From Mobula hypostoma (Eukaryota), in assembly GCF_963921235.1 (NCBI RefSeq), contig NC_086109.1:35342001-35406000 (forward strand): a DNA stretch of 64,000 bases. The letters are read 5' to 3'. The notes under the pieces were generated by a model that saw only the letters and a list, made by a program, of their open reading frames with translations, searched no databases and had not been told where the DNA came from. Positions 1 through 14,310 of the stretch are shown here, one piece after another. A program made the translations under genes and the position numbers. The first letter of the stretch is position 1. Every line of letters begins with the position of its first letter.

Positions 1-136
1 TAAGAGCCTCTTAGATAGGTACATGAAGCTTAGAAAAATAGAGGGCTATGTGATAGGGAAATTCTAGGCAGTTTCTGGTTGGCACAACATTATGGGCCAA
101 AGGGCCTGTAATATGCTGTATGTTTCTATGTTTCTA
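1..136 (+). mobile_element. CR1-type LINE 3' end
   Basis: cttagataggtacatg...gggccaaagggcctgta, ending in a (ctatgttt)n tail. Confidence 0.8.
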
Positions 137-479
137 TTTAGGGGATGGAGGCTGATTGGCATGCTGGTAAAGTGTTTGGAATTATCCTTGCAAATGCTGG
201 CAAGTTCAGGATTCCTACAAGGACTGTTCCTGCTGGCCAGTGTTCTGCAGTGAGTTTCCAATGTTCTCTTGCTGGAATCCAACAGCCAAGCACGAACATG
301 CAAAATTCCCTGACACTTACATTGGGAGTGCACCCACTAAACCAGTGCAAGATTGGACCCAGTGCAGAATATGTTAGCCCACTCATTGATCGAGAGTCCC
401 TCAGGTTATGTTATCTACCTAGTGCCCAGGTCTGCAGAAGAATTAAGAGTGGGAGGGGAAAGATCCAATTGTTCATGTG

Positions 480-2580
480 GACTTCAATGACGTAGAAAGG
501 ACATGGAAAGAAGTTCTGCTGAGGGAGTTTGAGCAGTTAGGGATTAAATTAAAACACCAAACAAAAAATTTAATAATCTCTGGGTTATTAACTGAACTAC
601 GTGCAAATTGGCACACGGTTAATAAGATCATAGAGTTAAATCCGTGGCTCAAAGGTTAGTGTGGGAATATTAGTCTTGAATCTCTGGGACATCAGCATTG
701 GCAAAGGAAGGAGCTGACCAATAGGATGGGTTTACCTGAACCATGCAAGGACCAGGTACCTGGTGAAACACACAACTGGGTCTGTGGCTAGAGCTTTGAA
801 CTAAATATTAGAGTAGTGGGTTTAACAGCTTCAAATGATATGGCTAAAGTAAAAGGAAAGGAGAGTGCAGGAGTTGTTACTGAAGTCCCCAGAATAAAGA
901 ATAAGACATAGAAAGCAATTTAAAAAAAATAAATACAGATAACACAAAGGCAAAATTGAGAAGAAGTGTGGTGAATGTATATTTGAATGGATGCAGTATA
1001 TGAATTTAGCTAGATGATCTTGTAGCAGAGTTAGAAATAGACAGGTATGATGTTGTGGGCATCACTGAGTCATTGTTGAAAGAAGATCACAGCTGGAGCT
1101 TAACATCTAAGAGGACTAATTGTATCAGCAGTATAGGCAGAGGGGGAAGGGTGGCTTTGTTAGTGAAAAAATGAAATTAAATCCTTATAACAAGGTGGCA
1201 AAGAAGATACAGTCTCCTTGTGGGTAGTGTTAAGAAACCACAAGGGTAAAAAGAACATGATGGGAGTTATATATAGGTCTCAGAACAATAGCCGGGACAT
1301 GGGCTACAAATTACAGCAGGAGATAGAAAAGGCATGTAAAAGGTACAATATTACAATAGTCATGGTGGATTTCAATATGCAGGCATATTGGAAAAATCAG
1401 GTTGGTGCTGCATCCCAAGAGAAAGAATTTGTAGAATGCTGAAGTGGTTGCTTTTTAGAGCAGCTTGTGGTTGAACTCACTTAGGGAAAAATAAATTCCG
1501 GATTGGGTTTTGTGCAGTGAGTGAGGACTCCTTCGGTCAGGGTCAACCTGATTGTTGCAGCCCAGCAGTCTAGATTTGCAAGTTTGGGCAGCACAACATG
1601 AAGAGAATGCTGTTGCCCATGTAGCATGCTCTTCCTCTCTATGCATCTGAAGAACACAAAGAAATGGCAGAGAGCATTGAACACAACATAGGGCTGCCTT
1701 AGGGACTCCAGCTCTGGATTTTTCCCTCAGGGCTTACTCCCAAAGCCTTCTTCCTGACTGGGTAAAGCCGCAAGGCAGCAGATGTTTGAAATTGGAGTTT
1801 TCCTTCTCCTAGATGTGCAGCGAACCATGGCTGACGAGCCCCATCTGCCTGAAGCGACTGGTTGTGAGGTGCCAGTAAACTGTCTTTTCTCCTTCTCCTG
1901 TCAGTTGAAATGGTTGTGCTGGGCTTAGTAGCTAAGCCACACGTGAAGGCCAGGAACGGGAAATAGTTGTTAGAGGTTATTTGAGGTGCTTGCCATTGGG
2001 AGCATTTAATAGGCAGTGGGAGCATGCCCCCATTACCAACCTTAAGGATGTTGTGTAATGAACCATATTAGAATAGGGAACTGGAAGTAAAGGAACCCTT
2101 AGGGGACAGTGATCATAATATGATAGAATTCATCCGGCATTTTGTGACAGAGAAGCTAGAATCACAGAAGTATTGGTATTACAGTAGAGTGAAGGGAATA
2201 CAAAGGAATGAAAGCAAAATTGTCCAAAGCTGGTATGAAGGAGCTACTAGCCAGGATGATGGTAAACTTGCAATAGATGGAGTTTCTAGGAACAAATCAG
2301 AAGATGTGCGATCAGTTCACCCTAAAGATGATGAAGCATTCTAAAGGGAAGATGAGGCAATTGTGGCTGACAGGGGAAGTCAAAAACAGTGTAAAAGCAA
2401 ATACAGTATAAGGAAAATTAGTGGGAAGCTTTTAATAAACAACAGAAGGCAACTAAAACCACAATAAAGAAAGAAAAGGTGGAATATGAAGGTAAACTTG
2501 TCAATAATATAAAAGAGGATACCAATATTTTTGTTAAGTTATATAAAGAATGCTGGAGAGGGGAACAAAGAAGTGGCGGA
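480..2580 (+). mobile_element. Decayed CR1 LINE (ORF1 esterase C-terminus and ORF2 endonuclease), interrupted at 1521-2050
   Basis: LREFEQLGIKLK..IISGLL..RANWH (ORF1 esterase-like); WVVLRNHKGKK..GVIYR..MVDFNM (APE endonuclease); many stops and frameshifts. Confidence 0.8.
1521..2050 (-). mobile_element. RTE-clade LINE 5'-region fragment inserted in CR1
   Basis: Minus strand GGGGCTCGTCAGCC...CATCTAGGAGAAGGAAAACTC motif, recalled from RTE-clade 5' UTRs. Flanked by an imperfect duplication ttgtgcagtga (1510-1520) / ttgtgtaatga (2051-2061). Confidence 0.55.
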
Positions 2581-2594
2581 CATGGAAAAACTTG

Positions 2595-3640
2595 GTTTTG
2601 AACGTTATTCAAAGCAATCATTTTGTCACATCAGTGCATTGAGGTAGTTCAAGGAAAAATAACAACAATGCAGAATAGAGTAGAACAGTCATAGAAAAAA
2701 TGGATTGCAGGCGGACAATAAGGAGCAAGACCATGGTGAAGTAGCTTGTGAGATCAAGTTATTGTACCAGTGAACTGTTCGATATCAGAGGCCAGAGGCT
2801 GGTCTTGAGCCTGGTGGTACATTCTTTGAGGTTTTTATATTTTCTGTCGGGTGGGGGGGGAGAATTGAGAATGCCTGGGGTGCATAGACCTTCGATTATA
2901 TTAGCCACTCTACTGAGAGAGTGAGAAGTGTAGATATAGTGCATGGGGTGGAGGCTGGTTTCTGTGATGTGCTGAGCTGTGCCCACAGCTCTCTGCAGTT
3001 TCTTGTACTCCCTGGCATGGAGGTTGCCATAACAAGCTGCTATGGATCCGGATGGGATATGTTATATGGCGAAACGATACAAGTGGGTTAAGGTCCAAAT
3101 TAACACGTTGCATTTCTTTAGCCTCCTGAGAAAGCAGAGGTGCTGGCGCACTTTCTTGGCTGTGGCACCTATGTAGTTAGACCAAAAGAGGCTACCTGTG
3201 ATGTTCACTCCTAGGAACTTGAAGCTGACATCCTTCCAGATTCGGCACTATTAAGGTAAATGCTGCACCATTTCCTGAGGTCAGTCACCTGCTAATTTGT
3301 TGACATTGAAGGAAAGGTTGTTATCATGACATAATGCCATTAGTTTTTCTATATGATCATCAGACATAGGAGTAGAATTAGGCCATTTGGCCCATCGAGC
3401 CTGCACTGTCATTCCATCATGGGTGGAATATTTTGATTCTCAACCCCATTCTCCTACCTTCTCCCCATAACCTTTGATGTCCTTATTATCTAATTCCTGT
3501 ATTCTGACTCATCATTATTTCAGGCGTGGCCTGCTACAGTAGTGTCATCTGAAAACTTGTTGATGGCGTTAAACCAGAATCTGGCCAGGCAGGAAAGAGG
3601 GTAGGTGGCTGAGAATCTAGCTTCAAGGGCAACCTGCATT
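2595..3640 (-). mobile_element. Rex1/Babar LINE 3' fragment with a short CR1 3' end nested at ~3360-3490
   Basis: Reverse strand encodes decayed RQHLCFLRRLKK and ..GTAQHITETSL.. typical of the Rex1 ORF2 C-terminus. Confidence 0.7.
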
Positions 3641-4034
3641 AAGAATACAGACAGTGGGCTGTAGTCATATTTTGATAAGAAGTCAATATCTCAGAGTGAG
3701 AAGTGAGGTTAAAAGAGTTTTTCACTCAGGCAAGGAAGTTTCTAGGCAAAAGTGAAAGATTATAAGGTACATGACTGTTTTTCATTTAATCATGTTTAAC
3801 ACCATGATTTAAATGTGTGGATGTAGCTTTAACCATTATCTGAAATTGTTTCTATAAATAATGCATACTTTTGTATTAAACCTCTGATATATCAGCTCTC
3901 CTCACCTTTTTAATTAAATGTTATATTTCATATGTAAAGTAATGATTGAAGTTTACCTCCATTTTTTCAACTTTATGAACTGCTCTTGATTGAAGGAGCT
4001 GTAGCCCTGCCTTGGAAAAGTCAATAATTCCATA

Positions 4035-4925
4035 GATCGAGATTGAAATTTGCCTGAGTGGGCTACAATAACCTCTTGCTCAATGTCAGCAAGACCAAAG
4101 AGCTGATTATTGACTTCAGAAGAAGAAAACTAGAGATCCATGAGCTCATCCTCATTGAAGGATCAGAGGTGGAAAGGGTCAGCAAATTTAAATTCCTCGG
4201 TGTTATTATTAAAGAAAACATGGAAGCGTCTCTACTTCCTTAGAAGTTTGTAAAGATTCCGAATGGCATCTAAAACTTTAACAAACATCTATAAATGTGT
4301 GGTGGAGAGTATATTGATAGGCTGCATCACAGCCTGGTATGGAAACACCAATGCTCTTGACTGGAAAATCGTACAAAAGGTAGTGGATATAGTCCAGTCC
4401 CCCACAGGTAAAGCCATCTCCACGATTGAGCACGTCTACACAAGATGTTGTCGCAGAAAGGCAGCATCCATCATCAGGGGCTCCTACTACCTAGAAAATT
4501 CTTCTTGCTGCTGCCATCAGGAAGAAAATACAGGAGCCTCAGGACTCACACCACCAGGTTCAGGAACAGCTAATGCCCATCAACCATCAAGCTCTTGAAC
4601 CAAAGGAGATTACAACTTCATTTGCTCCCACCCCCCATCATTGAAATGTTCCCACAACCTATGGACTCACTTTCAAGAACTCTTCATCTCATGTTCTCAA
4701 TTTTTATTGTTTATTTATTTATTATTAGTATTTCTTTATTTTTGTATTTACACAGTTTATTCTCTTTTGCACACTGGTTGAATGTCCTAGTTTATGTGGT
4801 CTTTCATTGATTCTATTATTGTTATTATTTTATGGATTTATTGAGTATGGCCACAAAAAAAGGTACCTCTGGGTTGCATTTGGGGACATATACATACTTT
4901 GATAATAAATTTACTTTGACTTTAA
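4035..4925 (+). mobile_element. Rex1/Babar LINE 3' fragment
   Basis: NNLLLNVSKTKELIIDFRR..FKFLGVII; LTNIYKCVVESILIGCITAWYGN; tail gataataaatttactttgac. Confidence 0.85.
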
Positions 4926-5344
4926 CTGATTGATATTAATCCATAGCATGTAAATAGTCATCATGCTCAGTACAAGAAAACCTGAGACACAGGCGTCTTG
5001 CTGTCCCTCCCAAAAGGAACATATTCCTAAGTGGAACTACTTTATAAAATACATTTGAAAACATACTTTTTTTTTACAAAAAGAAGTCATTTGACAAATG
5101 CCAGTGAGAAAATGCAGCATCTTGGATGTGATATTACTAAGTCTGTTGTTCACTAGACAATAATTAAGTCATGATCCTCCATTGTCCAAAAGAAAACATT
5201 TATGAAAAATGAAATGGTAAATAATAATTTATCATTAGCTCTCGATTAGGAACCATCTATCGCTGCCAAGTTTGTTAGTTTCTCAATAGTTTCACACATC
5301 TTGGAACAAACCTGTAATGAGCAGGAATAAAAGTTCACTGAAAG

Positions 5345-6278
5345 GCAAAAAGTTGGGGGGAAGAGAACAAGAAGTAGCTAGAAGCTGATAACTGAAGCCA
5401 GGTGGGTGGGAAGGTAAAGTGCTGGAGAGAAAAGAATGTGATAGGAGAGGAGGGGAGCTAGTGGGAGATGATAGGCAGGTGAGGAGAAGATATAACATGT
5501 CAGAGTGGGGAATAGAAGCAGAGTGAAGAGTGAGGAAAAAGAAACATTATCAGAAGGAGAAATCGATATTCATTCCATCAGGCTGGAGGCTATTTAGATG
5601 CAATATGAGCTGTTGCTCCTCCATTCTGAGGGTGGCCACATCAAGGCAGAAGAGGAGACCATGGACTGACATATTGGAACAGGAATGGGGATAAGAATTA
5701 AAATGGCTGGCCACTGTAAGATTCCGCTTTTGGTGGATGGTGCGGGTGTGTTCAACAAAATGGTCCCCCTACTTACAGGGGTTCTCAGCAGTGTAGAGGA
5801 GGCCACATCAGGAGTACTGGATACAATTGATGATCCCAGCAGATTCACAGGTGAAGTGTTGCCTCACCTGGAAGGACTGTTTGGGGTCCTGAATGGAGGT
5901 GAGGGGGAAGTGAATGGGCAAGCCTGGCATTTCTTTCACTTGCAGGGGTATGTGCCAGAAACGAGTTTAGTGGGAAAGGACGACAAGACTAGGGAATCAC
6001 AGAGGAAGCGATCCCTGCAGAAAGTGGATAGTGGGTGGAGGGGGTGTGATAGATTTAAAGTTGTGTTTGGCAGTAGGATCCTGTTGAAGATGGCAGAAGT
6101 TGCAGGGAATGAAGTGTTGGAAGCAGAGGCTCATGGGGTGGAAGGTCAGGATAAGAGAATCTTTACCACTGTTAAGACAATGGGAAGATGGGGCAAGCAT
6201 GAATGTCTGGGAATTGGAGGAGATGCAGGTGAGGGCAGCATCAATGGTATTAGAGGAAGGGAAATCCCATTCTTAAAA
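5345..6278 (-). mobile_element. Penelope-like element 3' part (GIY-YIG endonuclease), decayed
   Basis: Reverse strand reads LILTFHPMSL..HLQQDPTAKH, FTCESAG..CGLLY(T)AE(N), and RMEEQQLIL(H)L(N)SLQPDGMNIDF, followed by a pyrimidine-rich pLTR-like tail. Confidence 0.8.
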
Positions 6279-6284
6279 TGAAGA

Positions 6285-6760
6285 ATTTATGATTTGCTGA
6301 TCATGCAAAGCTAGGTGGCAGTGTGGGCTGTGCGGAGATACGTCAGGGAGACTTAACTAGGCTAAGTGGATGTGACAGATGGAAAATAACATAAAAAATG
6401 TGAGGTCATCCATGTTGGTAGAAAAACTAGAAAGCTGCGCATTTTTTAATTAATAAGAGATTGAAAGGTGTTGGCATTCAAAGGGACCTAGGAGTCTTTG
6501 TGAATGAATCACTATGTTCATATGCAAGTACAAGCAATTAAAAGGAAAATATTATGTTGGCATTCATTACAAGAGGATTTCAATATTAAGAGAACAAATA
6601 TCTTGATCTAATTGTATATGATGCTGGTGAGACAACATTAGAAATATTTTGCATATGTTAGTCTCCAACCTAAGGAAAGAATAAACTTACAATACAGGGA
6701 ATATAGCAAACATTCTCTTAATTTATCTTGATTGCTGAAGAGCGGTAAGGAAGTATGATT
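6285..6760 (+). mobile_element. Decayed CR1 LINE RT fragment
   Basis: tttgctgat..gctaggtgg, tgtgaggtcatccat, caaagggacctaggagt. Confidence 0.6.
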
Positions 6761-9700
6761 CCTCTTCTCAAAGTAATTAGAACATAGATCACAGAACGTA
6801 AAATATCTACAGCATGTATCTTTGGGAAAGTTCTTGTTAATTTTGACTCTTTTAAGGTGTTTTCTGAGGCTCGGTTTTATAATTTTGATGAAGGTAATTC
6901 CTATTGCTTCCTTCTCAGTTTGGACATAAATTGCTTGTCCTGACCATGCTTGATTACAACTCCTACTCCATAATTCAAAATAATTCATTAGAGGTTTTTA
7001 TGTACATGTTGTGTTTTTTTTAGCAAAGGCAAATTTCTTACACTTCTTCCATGAACTACACACCTTTGCTGCTCATTGTTTTAATTCTAATTTTCTTTTT
7101 TCAATAGCAAATGTACTATCAACAGCTAGCAATCATCTAGGAAATTATGTACCAAGCCCAGTTATGACCAGAGTCTTAGACAGAAGAGATTCAGCAGAAA
7201 CTGGAAATCTTGAGCTACACACTTGTCAAGGGTTCAAAGGTTCATTTATTATCAAAGCACGTATCCATATACAACTTGAAATTTGTATTCTCTAGACAGC
7301 CACGAAAACAAGAAAGAATATGAAACATCAAACCCATCCCAACCCCCATAGGAAAACAAACGGCATCCTGATCATCAATCCACCAAAACCCCCCTCCCCC
7401 CTACAGAATGGAACAGGAATATTGACCCCCAAGAAACAACCCCTCCCCTACGTAAAAATCTAATCAAACAGAATAGAACATCAACCTCGAAACACCCTCC
7501 CCTCACACAATAAAACAGAAAAGTACAGGTGATACACATAGAATATAAAAACCATAAGTCTGAAGAAGTTCACAGTCCATAAACACAATAGTCCAGTCCA
7601 AAAATGCAGAACCACAATTCAAGATTCAAATTTATTTATCACATGTACATCAAAGCATACAGTGAAATGCATCATCTACAGTAACAGAGTGTTAACAGGT
7701 GTAGCCCTTGTCACAGTTGCATGGCTAACTTCCAGGAAGGACATTAAGGAGAACTCACCTATCACTTGCTTGATTATACTCTTCTTACTCTGGCTTTTGC
7801 CCACTCAGCCCAGAAACATAGTATTTCCTTCTCTCCACAGATGTTGCCTGACCTGTTGAGTTCATCCAGCATTTTGCTTATGATGACTACAACCTTTCAA
7901 TATTTTCAGATTCCTTCCCTTCACAATAGCTTTATTTCTATTTACCTCTCAGTGACTGAAATCTATATATAATTACTACAATTAAAGTAAAATAAAACTG
8001 CTAGAGTAAGTCAATGGGTCAGGCGTCAACTCTGGTGGGAAAAGGGCAGTCAAAATTTTAGGTTGAGACATTTCACCTGGTCTATTACTAAAAGATGAAA
8101 TACTTGTGAGACAAATGCACATCTTTTGCACTTTACACTATGCTTATGTGATTTCCTGAAAGATCTGAAAAAATTCCTTTGGTAATTTCAGTTGTTAAAA
8201 TGTCATCTCAATTGCACGGACTGTGATATCTGCCCTACAGTATTATGCATAGTAGAGACTCTGGTAAAAATTTAGTTTTGTCTTGGAATTAAGGGCATCC
8301 ACACAAGACATATCAAAAACAGAGAAAGCTCTAGCTCTTGCTATATGTGTATGATCAAGAAGACAATTGATACTGTCACATTATTCTTTTAATTTCAACT
8401 TGTGTTCATCAAAGTCGAACAGTATTGGATCATGATATCTCCCTAAAACTAGAGATACAATGGTCCAAAAGTGAACTGTTGCTAGATACCATTGGCAGTG
8501 ATCTTCAATAGTGGAATGTTGGCAATGCTACCAGCTCTAAGGAGCCTACTAAATGAGTACTTTGCAGCTTAGAAGGTCCTCAATGTGAACTTTGGAAGGC
8601 ATCACATCAAACCAAAGTTAGATTTGAAGTTAACCAGTGAAGTGCATTTATATCTGCAGAATCCCTTTATAGTAGGAGATTCTGGCTGCTGTGGTTGTGA
8701 AAGCAAAGATTGTTCAATAAAGCAGTCCCTCAATCTGCATTCATTTTCACTGATGCAGAGGAGGTGGCACCAAGAATACCAGAAACAATAGATAACCCAA
8801 CAGATTCACAGGTGGAGTGCCACCTTACCTGGAAGAATTGTTAGCAAGAAAGCCAGATTTATGCACTTCATTTTCTGTTAATGTTGTTCCACAGCAGTTG
8901 ATAAACTTTTGAGCTCAAAGGTATATTGGTATGGCAGAAATGTGTACTAATAGTATGACATATTAGATAGATGCTTATTGGTGGAAACTGCCTTGTATAC
9001 CAACATGAGTTGTGCATGAAACTGAACAATTCTGTTTTGCAATTGGTGTGATTTCTTATGGAAATGACTGCTGATATGATCTACTGAAGATAAAATCAAA
9101 AGTATATAATCTGTATAACACTCTGAAAAGCAGAGTGATGCATTCCAATTTTGAGCTTTTGATCATTTTTTGAATAATGATTGTTGGTTAAGTCCTTCAT
9201 TGGCAATTAAATAATCAACAGGATTTAATTACCTTCTGAACATGGTGTTGTGAACTGTCATTGTTAATCTGATGAAGATAGATTGTGGGTCCGCTGAGGT
9301 TTCTTTGAAAATCTGGACATATTAAACATTTTGTTGTATTTATTTCCTTTTTGTAGTTATCTGTCTCTAAAGTGTCGTTAAAACATTGTATATTCAAGTA
9401 TTCAAGTATTCAATATGAAAATTTCTGTGGGACTATTGAATAAATTCATCAGTTGTTGTGCTTCAGAATGTAAAGTCCTCACACTGCACCAGGTGTTAGA
9501 TACAAATCAAATATTTACAGAATTATAATGATGACTTATTTCTCAATGAAGAAGAATGGTTATTTCTAAAGGTTAACACGTGAAATGAAAGAATATCACA
9601 GTGGACTGAGCCTGGAAATATTTAATGGTAAATAAAAAGACAGCAAACATGGGAGATTAGGATACAAAATAGGATCAAAGAAAGTGCAAGATATGTCACT

Positions 9701-11649
9701 GCGTGGGAGAAGATAATCCTCCAGGCAGCAGTCAGTGATGTAGATTGATGTTGTATGCACCTAGCATGCAGAATTCCACTTGCTGTGAGTTTTTGTCCAT
9801 TTGGATTTGCCAACAGCAAATGAGAGAGTTATCAAACAAAAACATAAAGCCCAAACTTAGTGGCTGAAAATGAGAAGATCCATTATCGTTCATTGTCAAT
9901 ATTACACAAAGCTGATAGCATCTTAGGAAATTTTACCCAAGGGTAACTTAACTTAGAAATCCTATAGCTGCCCTTGGTGATTCAGCCCTTCTTCACAGTT
10001 TGCACTGTTTGCATTTTGTTACATAAAGTCTTAATGAGGTTTTATTGGCAATCTGTGCCATAACTACTGAGTGTCAAGCCATCTGGCCCAGTGAAGGTAA
10101 TTTTGTGTTCCAACCTTTATTTAGCAAACTGTAGATTTAAATATTTAATTAAAATTTGGGCTTTGTGCTTTCTATTTCATTGTCTGTGAGCTATCGTTAA
10201 TATTGATTGATCAGTCAGCTTGATGACATCACAGTTGCCAAATACCAAGAGTTCACCTTTGAACTAATGCAGATGTTGGGAAGTTCTTAATACATTGGTT
10301 GCTACATCATTGCTGGAACCTCTTTCTAAGGTAGTGGCTGTTGCTACTGCAACATCACTGACTTTAGATTCTAGGTTTTGGTCTCTTTTGAATATCAATA
10401 TTCCATGATTCACAAGAAATAAGATATATTGATAACATTCTAGGTAGTAAATAGAAACTTTAATTACTCTGTCAAATCTTGGCTGGATTATGGGAAGTTA
10501 TTTTGGGGTATGAAAACTATTATTCAGTAATTTGAAACTGGCACCAAAGTGATTAATATTAGCTGTATTGTCAACAGTAACAGATTGTGATATATACATA
10601 CTTAAGCAGAATATGCCAAGAATTTCTATAATCTGCTACTCTCTTTGAAGGGACCAAAGCTCCCTTTGCCAGTTGTCTTCCAGCCCCATTTCTTCCATTA
10701 CCTGGACCCCACACCATTAGTGTGAATCCTAGTTTCAATATGCTACTAGATACAATGCTATAACTTGAATTGGAAACTTAACCCTGCATTCAAATCCAAG
10801 AGTCTGTAAACTGCTACCTAATCCACAGTAAGACCAATTCAATACACTTTCACCCTATTCCCTTGAACATTAACCAGCCAGAACCTTCCTGCTTATTTGG
10901 CTACTGCTCAACTTAAATTGGAGTTTCTTAAACAAAAGTAAAACCGATATGGTTGATGTAACTTTAGATGTTGCTAGTTTTTGATATGATGATATTATCT
11001 CACATGAGATACTGGTTCCCATTTTGCTGGTTCCTGGTTCTTCATTGCCCTAACCACAATCACCACCAGTGGCGTATCTGAAATAGGATAGCACTTGGCA
11101 AGCTGATTATCTTCTGACATTGTCAGCAGTCCTGAAGGCAAATTATGTATTTTTCTCATTTTTCTATTATTCTTTTGTTCAGCTGAACTCTGTTGATGTG
11201 AAGTCAGTACTAATTCATCATTGGTGTTTTTTTTCATATTTAATTGAATAGATCTTGATATTACAGGTTAATTACATTAAGGAAGAATTTATTCTATGGA
11301 AGTTTGTACCATCACATCAAGTGCAGGCATTAGCATATCATGACACAAGTTGTCATTATATTGTACTGTTTATTTTCCAAGACTGTTGACACACCTAAAA
11401 TAACACATACCTTCTTTCTGTGCATCTTAAAGTATTATGGAAATTGAAGTAGAATATTTGAACTGTGTTACTTAAAAATAATGTTGACTAATTTACTGTA
11501 TATTGCTATATATTTAATATGTTCAATATACAGGATTTTTCTGGTTGTTAGACTAAATTTCTTTAGAATACAGTATTAATTACAATCAGCATTTGATCTG
11601 ATAATTTACCCAGTTACAATTGGTTTCAACATTAAATGACTTCACATGT

Positions 11650-12670
11650 GAACATAGAACAATACAGTATGGGAACAGGCACTTCGGCCCATAACGTTGT
11701 ACCAAATTAATTGAGGTAATCATGCCTAATTAAACTGAACCCTCTGGCTGCACATGGTTTATATCCCTCCATTTCCTGTATACTCATGCCTAACTAAGAC
11801 CCTCTTTAATGCCTCTTCTATGTTTGCCTTCACTACTACCCAACACAGGGCATTCCAGCCACCCACCATTCTCTGTGTTAAAGGAAAACTTATCACACAC
11901 ATCTCCTTTAAACTTTCCCCCTCTCATCTTGTATGCATACCCCCTAGTATTTGACATTTCAATCCCAGGAAAGGAAACCAGCCTTCTATTACTGTATGAC
12001 TCTTAATTTAAGGACTTTTACCAGGTCTCCCCTCAGTCTTCACCAATCCAGAGAAAACATTTCTAGTTTATCCACTCCCTATTTTGTAACACATGCTTTC
12101 TAATCCAAGCAGCAAACTGATAAACCTCTTCTGCACCCACGGCAAAGCTTCCACATCCTTCTGGGGCAAGTGGATTTGAATGCAAGGTTCTAGATACAGC
12201 CTATCCTGAGTTTTATAAAGCTGTAGTATAAAACCATTCCTGACTTTTGAACACAATGCCTTAATTAATATAAGCAAGCATGCCAGAGGATTTTTTTACC
12301 ACACTATCAATTTGTCATAGAAACATAGAGCACTACAGTGCATTAACAGACCCTTCAGCCCATCTAGTCCTGTCATTCTGTGCAGTCCCATTGACCTGCA
12401 CCTGGACCATAGCCCTCCCATCCACACATTATCCAAACTTCTTTTAACTGTTGCAACATAACCCACAACCACTACTTCTTCTGACAGCTTGTTCCACACT
12501 CGCACCACCTCCTATGTGAATAAGTTCCCCTTCAGGTTCACCCTTAACCTATGACCCTTAGTTCTAGTCTCACCCAACCTCAGTGGAAACAGCTGGCTTG
12601 CACTTAGCCTATCTATAACCTTCATAGTTTTGTATACCTCTATCACATTTCCCCTCATTCACCTATAGTC
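11650..12670 (-). mobile_element. Two adjacent CR1 LINE 3' fragments
   Basis: LQLYKTQDRLYLEPCIQ..VQKRF and VRVWNKLSEEVV; (aacatag)n tails. Confidence 0.75.
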
Positions 12671-12994
12671 CAGGTTAAAATAGTTGTAATAAATTCATTT
12701 GGAATTTTTCCTTTCCTGCTGCCACCTGCATAGAGCTGTGGAACTGAAGCCAAGTTCCCTCTGTACATCAGAGCAATCAAAGGTCCAGTCGTTAGTTGTA
12801 CACTTTCCCTTTATATTGTGTCTTAATTGACTTATAAATTCACAATTGTTTGTGTTTTAAACTAAAGATAAAATATGAAATTTAGCTTTAATTTGGAATC
12901 TTGGATTTATGTATTAATCCCAATATTGTAAACATGGGTGCTGTAATATCCTGTTAAAATATTTAGTTTATGATAGACTTACAATTTTTATTCC

Positions 12995-13165
12995 TGTTGG
13001 TGACACAGCAGTTAGTGATGATGCCTTACTGCTCTCGTGACTTAGGTTCAATCCTGATCTCTAGGACTGTCTGTGTTGCATTTCCACTCTGTTCCTGTGA
13101 CTGCAGGGGCTTCTCCCAGGAGTTCTGCTTTCCCCCCAGAGATGTGGAGGCTGGTTGCTGCGAAT
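12995..13165 (+). mobile_element. HE1/V-SINE (tRNA-derived)
   Basis: B-box ggttcaatcc, then the V-domain-like gtctgtgt...tgactgc.ggg..tctccc. Confidence 0.6.
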
Positions 13166-13309
13166 TACTCCTCATGTATCTGGGTGACGGACTGGAAATG
13201 ATGGCATAAACACAATGGCAAATTATGAGGAATTGGTACTTCACTGAGATTCTAAAATCCATTGTGCAAGACCCTGAACTTAGATGTGGTAGAACAGGAT
13301 TTACTCTGG

Positions 13310-13630
13310 GAAAACTTTTTTCCAAGGTAAAAGCATCAAGTAGTAGAAGTTATGCATTTAAACTGAGAGGCAGAAAGTTTAATGGAAACAGCTGAGGCAG
13401 TTTTATTTTAAACAGAGAGTGGCCAGTGGCTAGAACAAGCTGTCAAGGGCAGTGTGGGAACCAGATATGATTGCAACATTTAAGACTCATGGATAGACTC
13501 ACAAATATGTAAGAAATGGAGAAATATGGAATACGTATAGGCAGAAGAAATCTAGTTTAATTCAGTTTTCTGTTCATCACAGACATCTTGGGCTGAAAGA
13601 CTTGTCCTGTGTGTGCTGTTCTATGCACTA
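13310..13630 (+). mobile_element. CR1 LINE 3' end
   Basis: aaacagagagtggccagtggctagaacaagctg...ttaagactcatggataga. Confidence 0.6.
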
Positions 13631-13959
13631 ACAATCTTCCATAAAGTCTTGTCCTCCTGAATTTCCCTGCACTTTGGATTGTGAAAATTATGGAGGGACT
13701 AGATTAAGGTTGCTGGCAGGGGAGAATGAACAGCTTGAAGATCAAAGAACAGGTTGCAAGTAAGATCTGACTGTGGAGAGAACAGGAGGGGCATGGCTGG
13801 TCAGGGAGATGTTCAGAGAAGGTGGGATTGTGACTGTCGAGCTGATTATTGCTTTGGAAGCAGGTTTAGGATGTTGATTGGAACAATGGTTCGGAGAGAA
13901 TAAACAGTCTGGGGTTTGGCTTTGGAGATAATAGATAAAGATGGAGGTGACATCCTCAC

Positions 13960-14310
13960 CACCAACAACATGCCTTCTTCTAATTACTACCATCAAGGCG
14001 GAGGTACAGGAGCCTGAAGATCTCATTCAATGTTTTCACCATGTGGAACATGTCCTCTTCTCATATTATCACCAGAAAGTAAGTATAGGGGTATGAAGAC
14101 CCACACTCAGTGTTATACGAGCAGCTTCTTCCCCTCTGCCATCAGATTTCTGAATGGTCCATGAGCTCATGAATACTACCTCATTATTCCTCTTTCAGAC
14201 TGTTTATTCATTGTAAATTACAGTAATTTTTTGTCTCACACTGCACTTCTGCCACAAAACAACAAATTACAAAGCAAGTGTCATTGATATAAATTTGATT
14301 TGGATTCTAG
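13960..14310 (+). mobile_element. Rex1/Babar 3' end inside a decayed Penelope-like fragment (~13690-14490)
   Basis: agcagcttcttcccctctgccatcagatttctgaatgg and Rex1-type tail. Confidence 0.6.

Noticed and set aside
5685..6281. 198-aa + strand ORF
   Set aside because: It is the antisense frame of the Penelope-like GIY-YIG region.
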